Positions 20,840 through 30,147 of a DNA stretch of 64,000 bases are shown piece by piece; positions within the stretch are counted from its first letter, which is position 1; each line of letters begins with the position of its first letter. Origin of the DNA: Candidatus Adlerbacteria bacterium (lineage in GTDB: Bacteria; Patescibacteriota; Minisyncoccia; Phycocordibacterales; SBAW01); the NCBI GenBank assembly GCA_003135635.1, contig PLCJ01000002.1:109451-173450 (forward strand). Reading direction: 5' to 3'. The notes beneath the pieces were generated by a model. That model made no database searches. It was given only the letters and a program-made list of their open reading frames with translations, and was not told the origin of the DNA. The position numbers were made by a program, and so were the translations under genes.

Positions 20840-22066
20840 CTATTCATATCGCAGTGCTTCGATGGGATTAAGTGAAGCAGCACGACGAGCGGGATAATAA
20901 CCAAATATAATACCAATTATTGCTGAAACTCCGAAAGCCAATACTATAGCTATCCACGATACGGTAGTATGGATTACTCCTGAATAGGAAACACCGAGAG
21001 AAATCGCCACACCAAGAATAATACCGATTGTCCCTCCCACAAGCGTTAACGCTACTGCTTCGGTTAGGAACTGAAGGCTAATGTCACCTTGTTTTGCGCC
21101 GATTGCCTTACGAAGACCGATTTCACGGGTACGTTCTGTTACTGTGGTAAGCATCATATTCATAATACCAATTCCTCCTACAATAAGAGAAATACCAGCC
21201 ACGGCAGCAAGTAATATGGTAAAAGTTTGGGTAATACTGTTGGCAGTGGCAAGGAGGGTACTTTCGTTGAGGACACTAAAATCAGCCTGCGCGGGGTTGC
21301 TAATATTGTGGCGCGTTAAGAGAAGGTCCGTGATATCATTTTGCACTTGTGTCATCACACTGGCGTCTGTGGCTTGGACATCTATCGTGGAGAGGTATTG
21401 ATTGCCCGCGAGATACTGCTCGGCACTTGTTGCAGGAATATATATCATATCGTCTTGATTATTAAATCCACTGCTACCCTTGCTCACGGTTATGCCGATG
21501 ACAGTAAATTCAAGGTTCTTGATGCGAATTATTTGCCCCACAACCCCCACCGCACCAACTCCAAAAAGGTCATCTCGAGCGGTAGGACCTAGCACCGCGA
21601 CTTTCGCCAGTGAAGTATTTTCCTGGTCGGTAATGAAAGAACCTTCTGCAATCTGGATGTTACGGATTTGTGGATACGCAGACGTTACTCCATCAACTGA
21701 GGTGTTGGTGTTAGTCCCCCTTGCGGTTATTTGGTAGCGACCGGATACTTCTGAGGCTACTGCTGCAATATTTGTTACTTGGGAGGCGATAGCATCTGCA
21801 TCTCCCTGCGTAAGACTGCGTGCCGTTCCACGACCACTTGATACCTGAGAGCCTGGCCCCCCCTGGGCTCCAGGAGTTATTTCTATGAGATTTGATCCAA
21901 GTGATTGGATACTACTTTGTATAGAACTTTGTGCACCTTGCCCTATGGAAACCATAGCAATGACAGATGAAATACCGATGACAATGCCAAGTACGGTGAG
22001 CCCGGAGCGTATTTTGTTTGCCGAAAGGGCAGTGTATGTTTCTTGTAGAATATCGCCAAACTTCAT
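20840..22066 (-). CDS. MacB/FtsX-type ABC permease
   Basis: RSGLTVLGIVIGI; GGIGIMNMML...ERTREIGLRKAIGA; NPIEALRYE. Confidence 0.95.
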   Translation of the reverse strand: MKFGDILQETYTALSANKIRSGLTVLGIVIGISSVIAMVSIGQGAQSSIQSSIQSLGSNLIEITPGAQGGPGSQVSSGRGTARSLTQGDADAIASQVTNIAAVASEVSGRYQITARGTNTNTSVDGVTSAYPQIRNIQIAEGSFITDQENTSLAKVAVLGPTARDDLFGVGAVGVVGQIIRIKNLEFTVIGITVSKGSSGFNNQDDMIYIPATSAEQYLAGNQYLSTIDVQATDASVMTQVQNDITDLLLTRHNISNPAQADFSVLNESTLLATANSITQTFTILLAAVAGISLIVGGIGIMNMMLTTVTERTREIGLRKAIGAKQGDISLQFLTEAVALTLVGGTIGIILGVAISLGVSYSGVIHTTVSWIAIVLAFGVSAIIGIIFGYYPARRAASLNPIEALRYE

Positions 22067-22070
22067 AACA

Positions 22071-22769
22071 TTATGTGGTCTGCCCTGGGCGATTGCGGTG
22101 GTCAGAGAGGATCACCCCATCTCGAAGGGTAATGATGCGTCTGGCATGGGCTGCGACATGCTGCTCGTGGGTGATGAGCACTACGGTACAGCCCTGTTTT
22201 TCGTTGAGCTCTTGAAAGGTACTCAGTACGATTTCTCCGGTCTTGCTATCAAGGTTACCAGTTGGTTCATCGGCAAGTATCAGCGAGGGATCGTTTACCA
22301 GCGCTCGGGCTATCGCCACACGTTGTATCTGACCGCCGGAGAGTTCATTGCTGAGATGAGAAAAATGGGTCTTTGTGAGACCCGCAGCCAGAAGTGAAGT
22401 AGACGCACGCTCTTCGCGGTTTTCTTCATCAACTCCCGCATATATAAGCGGCAGCATCACGTTGCGCAAAACAGTTGTACGAGGTAAAAGATTAAAGGAC
22501 TGAAAAACAAAACCAATTTTATCTTTTCGTATTTCGGCAAGCTCGTCATCTTCCATTTTCGAAACATCCTTTCCGTCAAGGAAGTACGTTCCTGATGTTG
22601 GGATATCAAGGCACCCCAAAATATGCATCAGGGTAGATTTTCCTGAGCCGGACGGTCCCATGATAGCGACAAACTCGCCGTCATTAATAGTAAACGATAC
22701 TCCCTTGAGTGCTTGGAGCGCCATTTCTCCAGAGCCGTAGGTCTTAGTGATATCTTTTATTTCAATCAT
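22071..22769 (-). CDS. ABC ATP-binding protein (LolD/MacB type)
   Basis: [22 protein letters not shown]. Confidence 0.95.
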   Translation of the reverse strand: MIEIKDITKTYGSGEMALQALKGVSFTINDGEFVAIMGPSGSGKSTLMHILGCLDIPTSGTYFLDGKDVSKMEDDELAEIRKDKIGFVFQSFNLLPRTTVLRNVMLPLIYAGVDEENREERASTSLLAAGLTKTHFSHLSNELSGGQIQRVAIARALVNDPSLILADEPTGNLDSKTGEIVLSTFQELNEKQGCTVVLITHEQHVAAHARRIITLRDGVILSDHRNRPGQTT

Positions 22770-22792
22770 TACTCTTGCCGTCCATAGTCTCG

Positions 22793-24565
22793 TTATAATC
22801 CGATGGTCCTGGCACCACCTCCACCAAAACCAGTGCGGCTGGTGCTGACCGCAGCTGCTGAGGCAGTCGTTTGTCCCGTAGTGGTGCGTACAACAATTTG
22901 CTCTCCTGCTGTTAACCCGGAGACTATCTCGGTATTCGTGTTATCGGTGAGTCCCGCTACAACAGGGACTTGCTGGGGCGCTACGCTGGAGAGTACTCCT
23001 TGAGTGCTCCCAGTATTTGCCAGCGGGGGAGTAAACACCAGAACATATGTTGCAGCAGCTTGTGTCGTTTTGACGGCACCTGAAGGGACGGTGAGTACAT
23101 TTTGATGCGCGGCAGTAATGATTGCTGCACTGGTTGTCATGCCTGCTTTTATGCGTGGGTCTTGGGAATCAAATCCCACCTGCACATCGTACGTCACCAC
23201 TCCTTGGCTTACGGTGCCAGTCGGATTTATTTGTGCCACCACTCCGGTGAGTGTGAGACCACTGATAGCATCAAAAGTGAGAGTAGTTTCGTCACCCAAC
23301 TGTATCTTTGCTGCATCGACTTCATTGACCTGAAGATCAACATACTGCTTTGTCGTGATGAGGGTTGCTAGGGTCGTACCGGAGCCAGCCTGGTCGTACA
23401 CGTGAACGGGCACGGAGCCAATGACACCAGAAAAAGGTGCAGTGATATAATATTCTGCAAGGGTATTTTCTGCCTGCTGAAGCGCTTCTTGTGCTTTCGT
23501 TATGCTCAATTGACTGGACTCCACATCGATAGGATCAGCTCCCGCTTGTGTTTGCTGTAGGGTTTGCTGTGTTACGGTGATGTTATTTTTATCGGTCACG
23601 AGAGTATTGCTATCGGAAAGGAGAGTCGTGAGATGCGACTGCGCTTTGCTTTGATAACTATTAAGGCTAGCTATCTGAGTTGCGGAAACGGGCTTTGGCG
23701 TTGCACCATTTTTGGTGAGTTGATCAGTGTAAAATCCAAGAAGGTTGTTTGAGCTGGTGACCGCCGTCGCCAGAAGTCCTGTTGTTACGTCCGTCTCTTT
23801 GAGCAAGTTCTCAATTGTCTGCGGGTCGGGAGTCGAACTTACTGCCTTGAAATCAGAAAGCGTCTGGTCATAGGATTGCCGCGCAGCCAGATAGTCGTTG
23901 TATGCGATCGTACGATAGGAGGATGCCTGCGGGCTGTATTGAGAGGCCTGCGTGGTGTAATAATCCATATTCCATTGGCTTGCGCCTCCTGCTTCGCTGC
24001 CGAGATTGATGTCTTGAAGACCAGCGATGATGGTAGGAAGATCAAGAAAAGTATTGGTGATGTCGCCAAATGTACTTTGATACAAGCTCGCCAGAGCTTG
24101 TTGGGCCTGAGTGATTGAGTCTTGTTGCTGGGTGAGCGTGAGGGCGGTTGAGGGCTCCTGTAGTTTTTGAAGTGCCAACTGCGCACTTTGTAAATTTTCT
24201 TTGGCGCTTTGCACTGCTTGTTGTGCGGTGGTTGAGTTTAACTGCGCAATAACCTGTCCTGCTCTCACTTGTTCTCCCGGTTTGACCGCGATGTAGGTGA
24301 TTTGTCCGGAGACTTGAGGTTGGATATTGAGCGTGTCAGTTGAGGTGATCTGTCCGCTCTCTGACACGGACGCAACGATAGTGCCTGTCGCCACACCACC
24401 CAGCACGTAGCGTGTCTGGTTGTTCGTGTTTGTGGCTAAGGCAGATGTTGCCCACCATCCTGCCCCCACGAGGCCGAGCACTATGATAGCGCTCCATACC
24501 TTATGTCGCACGATGAAGTTTTTTATCGCTCCAATATATCCTTTTATTTTTGTTCGTACGGCCAT
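22793..24565 (-). CDS. Efflux periplasmic adaptor (MacA/HlyD-like) with long coiled coil
   Basis: Lipoyl-like halves (VSGQI, APFSG), IKAGMT, GLTAGEQIV. Confidence 0.88.
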   Translation of the reverse strand: MAVRTKIKGYIGAIKNFIVRHKVWSAIIVLGLVGAGWWATSALATNTNNQTRYVLGGVATGTIVASVSESGQITSTDTLNIQPQVSGQITYIAVKPGEQVRAGQVIAQLNSTTAQQAVQSAKENLQSAQLALQKLQEPSTALTLTQQQDSITQAQQALASLYQSTFGDITNTFLDLPTIIAGLQDINLGSEAGGASQWNMDYYTTQASQYSPQASSYRTIAYNDYLAARQSYDQTLSDFKAVSSTPDPQTIENLLKETDVTTGLLATAVTSSNNLLGFYTDQLTKNGATPKPVSATQIASLNSYQSKAQSHLTTLLSDSNTLVTDKNNITVTQQTLQQTQAGADPIDVESSQLSITKAQEALQQAENTLAEYYITAPFSGVIGSVPVHVYDQAGSGTTLATLITTKQYVDLQVNEVDAAKIQLGDETTLTFDAISGLTLTGVVAQINPTGTVSQGVVTYDVQVGFDSQDPRIKAGMTTSAAIITAAHQNVLTVPSGAVKTTQAAATYVLVFTPPLANTGSTQGVLSSVAPQQVPVVAGLTDNTNTEIVSGLTAGEQIVVRTTTGQTTASAAAVSTSRTGFGGGGARTIGL

Positions 24566-24591
24566 ATGTGCAGATTTTTTTGTATAAAATT

Positions 24592-25056
24592 TTACTGTTG
24601 TCTAGGGGGAAGTGGCATGGGCGGCAGTATGCGGATAAGTTGCGCTTCAATATACCCTTGCGTGTCGGGCTCTCCCAACACAATTACTGCCTCTCCTTGG
24701 CTGAGTGTGGTACTTGTTGCCTCACCATGAATGATCGTTGAGGTGCTAACAAGAATAGTCTCGCTACTACCGGTACGAGTCTGCAGAGTAAGCAGTGGCA
24801 ACGCGACGTTTGTTAGGGTGCCCACCGCTCCATGACCGTCTTCTATAAATTCGTGTGGGAGAGGAAACATACCAAATGGTGTGGCAAAGGATCCAGGACC
24901 GTGATTAAACGGAGGAACACGCTCAAAGCCATGCCGCTCAGCCTCAAATAGCATACCGAGATTGAAAATAAGTATGACAACAATGCAGCCACCGAGGATA
25001 CCAAGCCCCATACGCGTGCGCCGCGACTCCCAGATTTTTTTTACCTCATCAGACAT
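24592..25056 (-). CDS. Membrane-anchored OB-fold protein (DUF5666-like)
   Basis: TM plus LSQGEAVIVLGEPDTQGYIEAQLIRI. Confidence 0.6.
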   Translation of the reverse strand: MSDEVKKIWESRRTRMGLGILGGCIVVILIFNLGMLFEAERHGFERVPPFNHGPGSFATPFGMFPLPHEFIEDGHGAVGTLTNVALPLLTLQTRTGSSETILVSTSTIIHGEATSTTLSQGEAVIVLGEPDTQGYIEAQLIRILPPMPLPPRQQ

Positions 25057-25065
25057 AGCAACGCC

Positions 25066-25464
25066 TTATGCGCCTACTGGAGTAAATGCATATCGAACAT
25101 TGCGTGGTATGCGTGAAAGTGACCACCCAAATACTCCTGCGCATACAAGTACGCCTGCTATTGCAAAGGAAGGCAATGATTCAAGAAGCAGGTAGCTGAA
25201 GGTTTGCCAAAAAGAGAAAATTACGTTGTGATCGGAAACCATAAGAGAAAGATAATCATAAAATCCCGAAGCATAAAATTCCTGAACCGCGTAGGAAAGT
25301 GCGGAAATAAGAGCAACACCAGAAAAAAGTGCCACTGTGGCGGTTATGCCTATTTGGATACGGGCAGCACGACGCCGCACAGCAGCAACGTGCTGAAGTA
25401 CGACTCCACAAAGAGCCTGAGGAGGCACAACTTCTTTTAGAAACGTGTACAGATAATCCTGCAT
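25066..25464 (-). CDS. Putative anti-sigma membrane protein
   Basis: Downstream of ECF sigma; short cytoplasmic N-terminus plus 2 TM. Confidence 0.55.
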   Translation of the reverse strand: MQDYLYTFLKEVVPPQALCGVVLQHVAAVRRRAARIQIGITATVALFSGVALISALSYAVQEFYASGFYDYLSLMVSDHNVIFSFWQTFSYLLLESLPSFAIAGVLVCAGVFGWSLSRIPRNVRYAFTPVGA

Positions 25465-25471
25465 GCCAATA

Positions 25472-25499
25472 CATACGAACACCAGGCTCTATTTGGTGC
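25472..25499 (-). promoter_or_regulatory. Putative ECF sigma promoter
   Basis: GCACCAAAT-N13-CGTATG, 7 nt before ATG 25464. Confidence 0.65.
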
Positions 25500-25548
25500 G
25501 CCCAGCCTCCCGATACATAGAGGGGGAAGTATGGGGCTATCCAGGCAA

Positions 25549-26115
25549 TCAAGGTGATGCATCCAGGAGTTTGCGCAAAATTATAAGGGCTCGGTAGTGT
25601 CGACTTTTAACGGTGTTCGTAGGTTGCTTGAGGATTTTGCCTATTTCTTCAAAAGTCAGTCGGTTCGTGTAATGGAGTAGCAGCACATCACGTTGAGAGG
25701 GAGGGAGAGTGGTTATTGCTTCTTGCAGATCCTTTTCGTCCTCGCCTCGTATCATCATTTCTTCTGCAAGGAGCTCAGTATCGGATACCGTCTCTTCGAG
25801 AATATTTTTCCCTTGGGCGGTTTCAAATGTCGAAAACGGAATTTGTTTTTTCTTGCGTATCTTGTCAACAGCGGTGTTGCGTGCGATACGCATAAGCCAT
25901 GTGGTAAATTTTCCTGCGCTTACCTTGTATCGATGTATATTCCGCCATACTTTCACAAATGTCTCTTGAGTGATATCTTCTGCATCATATTCGCTTCCCG
26001 TGAATCGCAGAGCAAAGGAATATACCATAGTGAGATTGCGTCGCGTGAGTTCCTCAAAAGCGTTTTCATTTCCGCGCACGTATAAGGCGATAAGCTCTTC
26101 ATTGGATTGCTCCAT
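25549..26115 (-). CDS. ECF RNA polymerase sigma factor
   Basis: AEDITQETFVKVW, FTTWLMRIARN, LTFEEIG...TVKSR; start set at MEQS. Confidence 0.93.
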   Translation of the reverse strand: MEQSNEELIALYVRGNENAFEELTRRNLTMVYSFALRFTGSEYDAEDITQETFVKVWRNIHRYKVSAGKFTTWLMRIARNTAVDKIRKKKQIPFSTFETAQGKNILEETVSDTELLAEEMMIRGEDEKDLQEAITTLPPSQRDVLLLHYTNRLTFEEIGKILKQPTNTVKSRHYRALIILRKLLDASP

Positions 26116-26123
26116 GATGCGTA

Positions 26124-26131
26124 AGTATACT
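26124..26131. promoter_or_regulatory. Palindromic bidirectional -10 element
   Basis: AGTATACT gives TATACT on both strands, 6 nt before msrA ATG and 8 nt before sigma ATG. Confidence 0.65.
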
Positions 26132-26137
26132 GTACCC

Positions 26138-26680
26138 ATGCAACAAGAAACTATTGTGCTTGGGGGAGGGTGTTTTTGGTGCACCGAAGCAGTTTTTAGA
26201 CGACTGAGGGGGGTTACTTCAGTTCAATCTGGCTACACGGGAGGACACATAAAACATCCCACGTACGAAGCGGTCTTGGGGGGCAACACGGGTCACGTGG
26301 AAGTTATAAAGATCGAGTATGATCCCGACCAGATCGCTTTTGAAGAAATTTTGCACATCTTTTTTACCAGTCATGACCCGACGACACTCAACCGGCAGGG
26401 GAATGATGTTGGAGTGCAATATCGCTCGGCGATTTTTTATACAACCCCACGCCAACAAGCCAAAGCACAACACTACATCGATGTTCTTAATCATCATGGA
26501 TATACAAAGCCAATTGTCACTACCGTGGAACCGCTTGAGGTGTTTTATCCGGCCGAAGAGTATCATAAAAATTATTACGAGACTCACGCAAATGCACCTT
26601 ACTGTGAATTGGTAATTGCGCCTAAAGTAAAAAAAGTCCAAGAAAAATTTCCGACGTTAATTAAAAAAGATGAGTCCTGA
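26138..26680 (+). CDS. msrA: Peptide-methionine (S)-S-oxide reductase
   Basis: GGGCFWC, HDPT...RQGND.G.QYRS, AEEYH..YY. Confidence 0.96.
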   Translation: MQQETIVLGGGCFWCTEAVFRRLRGVTSVQSGYTGGHIKHPTYEAVLGGNTGHVEVIKIEYDPDQIAFEEILHIFFTSHDPTTLNRQGNDVGVQYRSAIFYTTPRQQAKAQHYIDVLNHHGYTKPIVTTVEPLEVFYPAEEYHKNYYETHANAPYCELVIAPKVKKVQEKFPTLIKKDES

Positions 26681-27086
26681 TGCATTTCACGCAATAGTTG
26701 CTGAGGAATTTCCCCGTGCAATACCGGAGCGATTTGTAAGCCAGATACACAACGTTGCCTTTCTCGTTGAGGATGAACCTACGCAAGAAGTTCGCACTCA
26801 AGAAGGATTGTCGATAAACGAGACATTGCTCGGGTATTATCGGGGAATTCCTGCGACTCTGCGCGGGGATGTGTATGGAGTCGGCGCCACTCTACCCGAC
26901 AGCATTGTTTTGTACCGGCTGCCGATCATACAAGAAGCGCAGTATCTCTGCGGCGATGTCTCCGCTTTATTTGAAGAAAGGGTGCGACAAGTAGTGCGCG
27001 AGACTATTTGGCATGAGGTTGCACACCATTTTGGTATGGGCGAACATGAAGTACGCAGGCGAGAGAAAGAACGTAATAAAAAATGA
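26670..27086 (+). CDS. Zincin-like metallopeptidase (Zincin_1)
   Basis: LLGYYRG, PDSIVLYR, HEVAHHFG. Confidence 0.85.
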   Translation: MSPDAFHAIVAEEFPRAIPERFVSQIHNVAFLVEDEPTQEVRTQEGLSINETLLGYYRGIPATLRGDVYGVGATLPDSIVLYRLPIIQEAQYLCGDVSALFEERVRQVVRETIWHEVAHHFGMGEHEVRRREKERNKK

Positions 27087-27098
27087 TACACTGGAGGT

Positions 27099-27539
27099 AT
27101 GGAGAAAAAAGTGCTGCTTGCTCCTTTTTATTTGATCGCCGCGGCATGTATTGGTCTTGGTGATACACTCTATCTTTCCTATTACGAACACCTGGGTCTC
27201 ACTCCAACGTGCGCTTTGCATGGCTGTGAACAGGTGCTGACGAGCGTGTATGCCAAATTTAATGGTGTACCGCTGGCATACATCGGTCTTGTCTTTTACG
27301 TCTATATGCTTGCTCTTGCGTTGCTTCTTGCCTATGATCCGCACTCAAAGGGGCTTCGCTTGGGAGTACTTCTCTACACGGCTGCGGGGCTCCTTCTTTC
27401 TATTGGATTTGAATCGGTCCAGATTCTCATCATCGGCGCCATATGTATGTACTGCGCTATCTCAGCAATTACTACGCTTCTGTTGTGTGCTCTGGCAGTG
27501 TGGCATTTTTTTTCAACTCGTGCTGCTTCCGCGACCTAG
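27099..27539 (+). CDS. Vitamin K epoxide reductase (VKOR) family protein
   Basis: C-x4-CEQVLTS and CMYC; 4 TM. Confidence 0.92.
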   Translation: MEKKVLLAPFYLIAAACIGLGDTLYLSYYEHLGLTPTCALHGCEQVLTSVYAKFNGVPLAYIGLVFYVYMLALALLLAYDPHSKGLRLGVLLYTAAGLLLSIGFESVQILIIGAICMYCAISAITTLLLCALAVWHFFSTRAASAT

Positions 27540-28318
27540 TATCTCCTTCTTTGCAGGCCGCGAAACATTCTCCAGAGCACAAAGAAGAAAAGTATTACAA
27601 CGATAGGGTAGAAGAAACCAATATTGCCAACAACGTAACGCAAGATGGAAAGTACATATAGCGCTATCACCGCTCCGGTAAGACCCGCGGTGTGCGCGAT
27701 TGTGCCCGTGGTAGTGGTAGCCACCTGTTTTTGCGTTTCAGCGCTGAGGACCACCCCGGAGCTATCGGTCCCTTTTGCTTGCACTATTTGCGCTTGTGCC
27801 CAAATTATTCCGCTATCAAGGGCTTTTGCGGCGCTTGTTCGGCCCGAGTCTATGGCGCTTAGGGTGGGTACAACAGCTTGAGCAACGGTGGGAGAAACGT
27901 TGGCGATTGCAGTATCAATGGGTTGAGAAGACTCTATAGAGGAACTGGGGGTGCTTGAGGGAGGGGTAGCAACAAGAAAGGTTGCTTGTTGCTCGGCTAA
28001 AAATAGTTGATTTGAATCATATAAATCTGCAGTAATTGTATGGGATCCTGCAGTCGGTTTCCATGAAATGGAAGCGACCTGTGCTTCTTTGGAAGATAGG
28101 GAGAGAGATATTGATCCGAGAGAATCCTTTCCATCAAGAAACTTAAGACTACCGGTGAAAGAACTGTCGGCAGTATTTGAAATGACCGCATGAATGAGGA
28201 CAGAATCGCCCTGGGTAACTGAATCCTGAGAAAGGAAGATAGATTGTTTGGCAAAATCTGCCGCGGACACGAGGGTAGGCAAAAGAAAAAGTATTATTGC
28301 TACAAAAACTTTTTTCAT
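27536..28318 (-). CDS. Exported protein with CARDB/Ig-like domain and C-terminal TM
   Basis: Signal peptide, W.PTAGSHTITA, C-terminal hydrophobic helices. Confidence 0.6.
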   Translation of the reverse strand: MKKVFVAIILFLLPTLVSAADFAKQSIFLSQDSVTQGDSVLIHAVISNTADSSFTGSLKFLDGKDSLGSISLSLSSKEAQVASISWKPTAGSHTITADLYDSNQLFLAEQQATFLVATPPSSTPSSSIESSQPIDTAIANVSPTVAQAVVPTLSAIDSGRTSAAKALDSGIIWAQAQIVQAKGTDSSGVVLSAETQKQVATTTTGTIAHTAGLTGAVIALYVLSILRYVVGNIGFFYPIVVILFFFVLWRMFRGLQRRRY

Positions 28319-28417
28319 GCTACAAAAAGTATAGCACGAGAGATTTTACCTTTTTACGGGCGACGATCTAAAAAGAGGCTCTTACCGAGCCTCTTTTCTA
28401 TGTGGTACCATTTTCTC

Positions 28418-29539
28418 ATGGGGGATTTTTTCAAAAACTTCTGGCATCACATTGTTCCTTCTGAACACAACTCATATCGACCACATCTCCTTCGGCCCTC
28501 TTGGCTCGGTTTTTTCCTCGCAATCATTCTAGCCGCAGAGGGATTTTTAGTAACCAATCTAGTTGTGCGTCAATCCAGCGAGAATTTTCTTGCTGCAGTT
28601 GTACCGGGAGAGATCATTGCTCTTATCAACGTCCAGCGTGGACAAAACGATGTTGGAGCATTGCAAGAAAATAGTTATCTTGACGCTGCTGCGCAAGCGA
28701 AGGCGGAAGATATGGCGGCTCAGGGATATTTTTCCCACATTGGACCGAATGGCAAAACACCATGGGCCTGGATAGAGGGCGCGGGCTATACCTATCAATA
28801 CGCTGGAGAAAATCTCGCTGTGCGTTTCGTTGACTCCACTGATGTAATAAACGCATGGATGGCCTCACCCACTCATCGCGCTAATATTGTAAAGGGCGTG
28901 TATACCGACACCGGTGTCGGGGTAGCACAAGGTATCTATCAAGGTCAGCCCGCGACATTTGTGGTGCAATATTTTGGCTCTCCTGCTTCTGTCGCAGCGG
29001 TAGCACAAGCTCCTCCAGAATCAACTACCGCAGTTAACACTAGTGTTGCCCAAAAAGCCTCCAAAGCGGTAGGGCAAACCACTACGTCGGCATCAAGTAC
29101 CCTCGCAAGCAACAGCGTGCCAAACGGAGTGCCGCCAGCATCCCAGGTATTGGGGGCGCAAACTACTCCAGGACCAAATACCGCAGCAGGCGTCAGTGCG
29201 CCAATCAAAGCACAGTCGCTGTCTCAGATGGTAGTGAGGGCATTTGCTCATATCCAGGCGGAGCCGCTTCTGGTAACTGAATGGGTATTGGGTACGATCG
29301 CCGCTATTCTTGGTATTCTCCTCTTTCTTGTTTTTTTCGTACACATTCAAATTCAACCCACCCAGATGCTTATGACCGGTACGACCCTGGTAGTTTTCAC
29401 CCTTTTTCTCATGTACTGCAACAGCAGTTTTCTTACGGGGGCCGCCTCAAACAGCAACCAATCTGCCAGCGTCTCTCAAGGGATAGATGGTGCTCGGGGC
29501 GTCGTGATAGATCCCGTAGCGGCTGCAACCCAGCACTGA
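28418..29539 (+). CDS. CAP (SCP) domain membrane protein
   Basis: AKAEDM...YFSH, AGENLA, AWMASPTHRANI; start after TACCAT. Confidence 0.9.
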   Translation: MGDFFKNFWHHIVPSEHNSYRPHLLRPSWLGFFLAIILAAEGFLVTNLVVRQSSENFLAAVVPGEIIALINVQRGQNDVGALQENSYLDAAAQAKAEDMAAQGYFSHIGPNGKTPWAWIEGAGYTYQYAGENLAVRFVDSTDVINAWMASPTHRANIVKGVYTDTGVGVAQGIYQGQPATFVVQYFGSPASVAAVAQAPPESTTAVNTSVAQKASKAVGQTTTSASSTLASNSVPNGVPPASQVLGAQTTPGPNTAAGVSAPIKAQSLSQMVVRAFAHIQAEPLLVTEWVLGTIAAILGILLFLVFFVHIQIQPTQMLMTGTTLVVFTLFLMYCNSSFLTGAASNSNQSASVSQGIDGARGVVIDPVAAATQH

Positions 29540-29595
29540 GTGGTTCTGGGAATAATGCGCTTGCGAGTAGTACAAGCGAGGATTATGCTGGTGGT

Positions 29596-30111
29596 ATGTC
29601 TAAAACATTAACTGTGGGCATTGTTGTGGTCATTGCCATTGTAGTCGTCGCCTTTTTCTTTTTATCCAGTTTTATTAATCCTTTTAATATGAATTCACAA
29701 AACCAGCAGCCAATTACTGCAACTACCACTCCCGCGGGGAGTGCAACCGGCCTGGTAGTACAAGATGAAGTGGTGGGTACGGGTGCTACTACTGCGCAAT
29801 TGGGCGATGTGCTTACGGTTAACTACACGGGAAAACTCCAAAACGGTACAATTTTTGATACTTCAATCGGCAAAGCGCCAATTCAATTTACTCTTGGCGC
29901 AGGGCAAGTTATCCCCGGATGGGATCAGGGTCTGCAAGGAATGCGAGTGGGTGGCACGCGCCTACTTATTATTCCCCCGGGTCTGGCCTACGGCTCTCAG
30001 GGGGTAGGATCTATTCCCCCTAACTCTACGCTCGTCTTTGAGGTTCAGCTTCTTGGTGTCCAGGCACCCTCTCCAGCTGCTTCCACGTCAGGATCTCCTA
30101 CAGCGCAATAA
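29596..30111 (+). CDS. FKBP-type peptidyl-prolyl isomerase, membrane anchored
   Basis: VNYTG...FDTS, VIPGWDQG, LAYG, IPPNSTLVFEV. Confidence 0.95.
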   Translation: MSKTLTVGIVVVIAIVVVAFFFLSSFINPFNMNSQNQQPITATTTPAGSATGLVVQDEVVGTGATTAQLGDVLTVNYTGKLQNGTIFDTSIGKAPIQFTLGAGQVIPGWDQGLQGMRVGGTRLLIIPPGLAYGSQGVGSIPPNSTLVFEVQLLGVQAPSPAASTSGSPTAQ

Positions 30112-30147
30112 ATCAGGTAAAACTTTTTCCGGACGCTTGACCTACCC

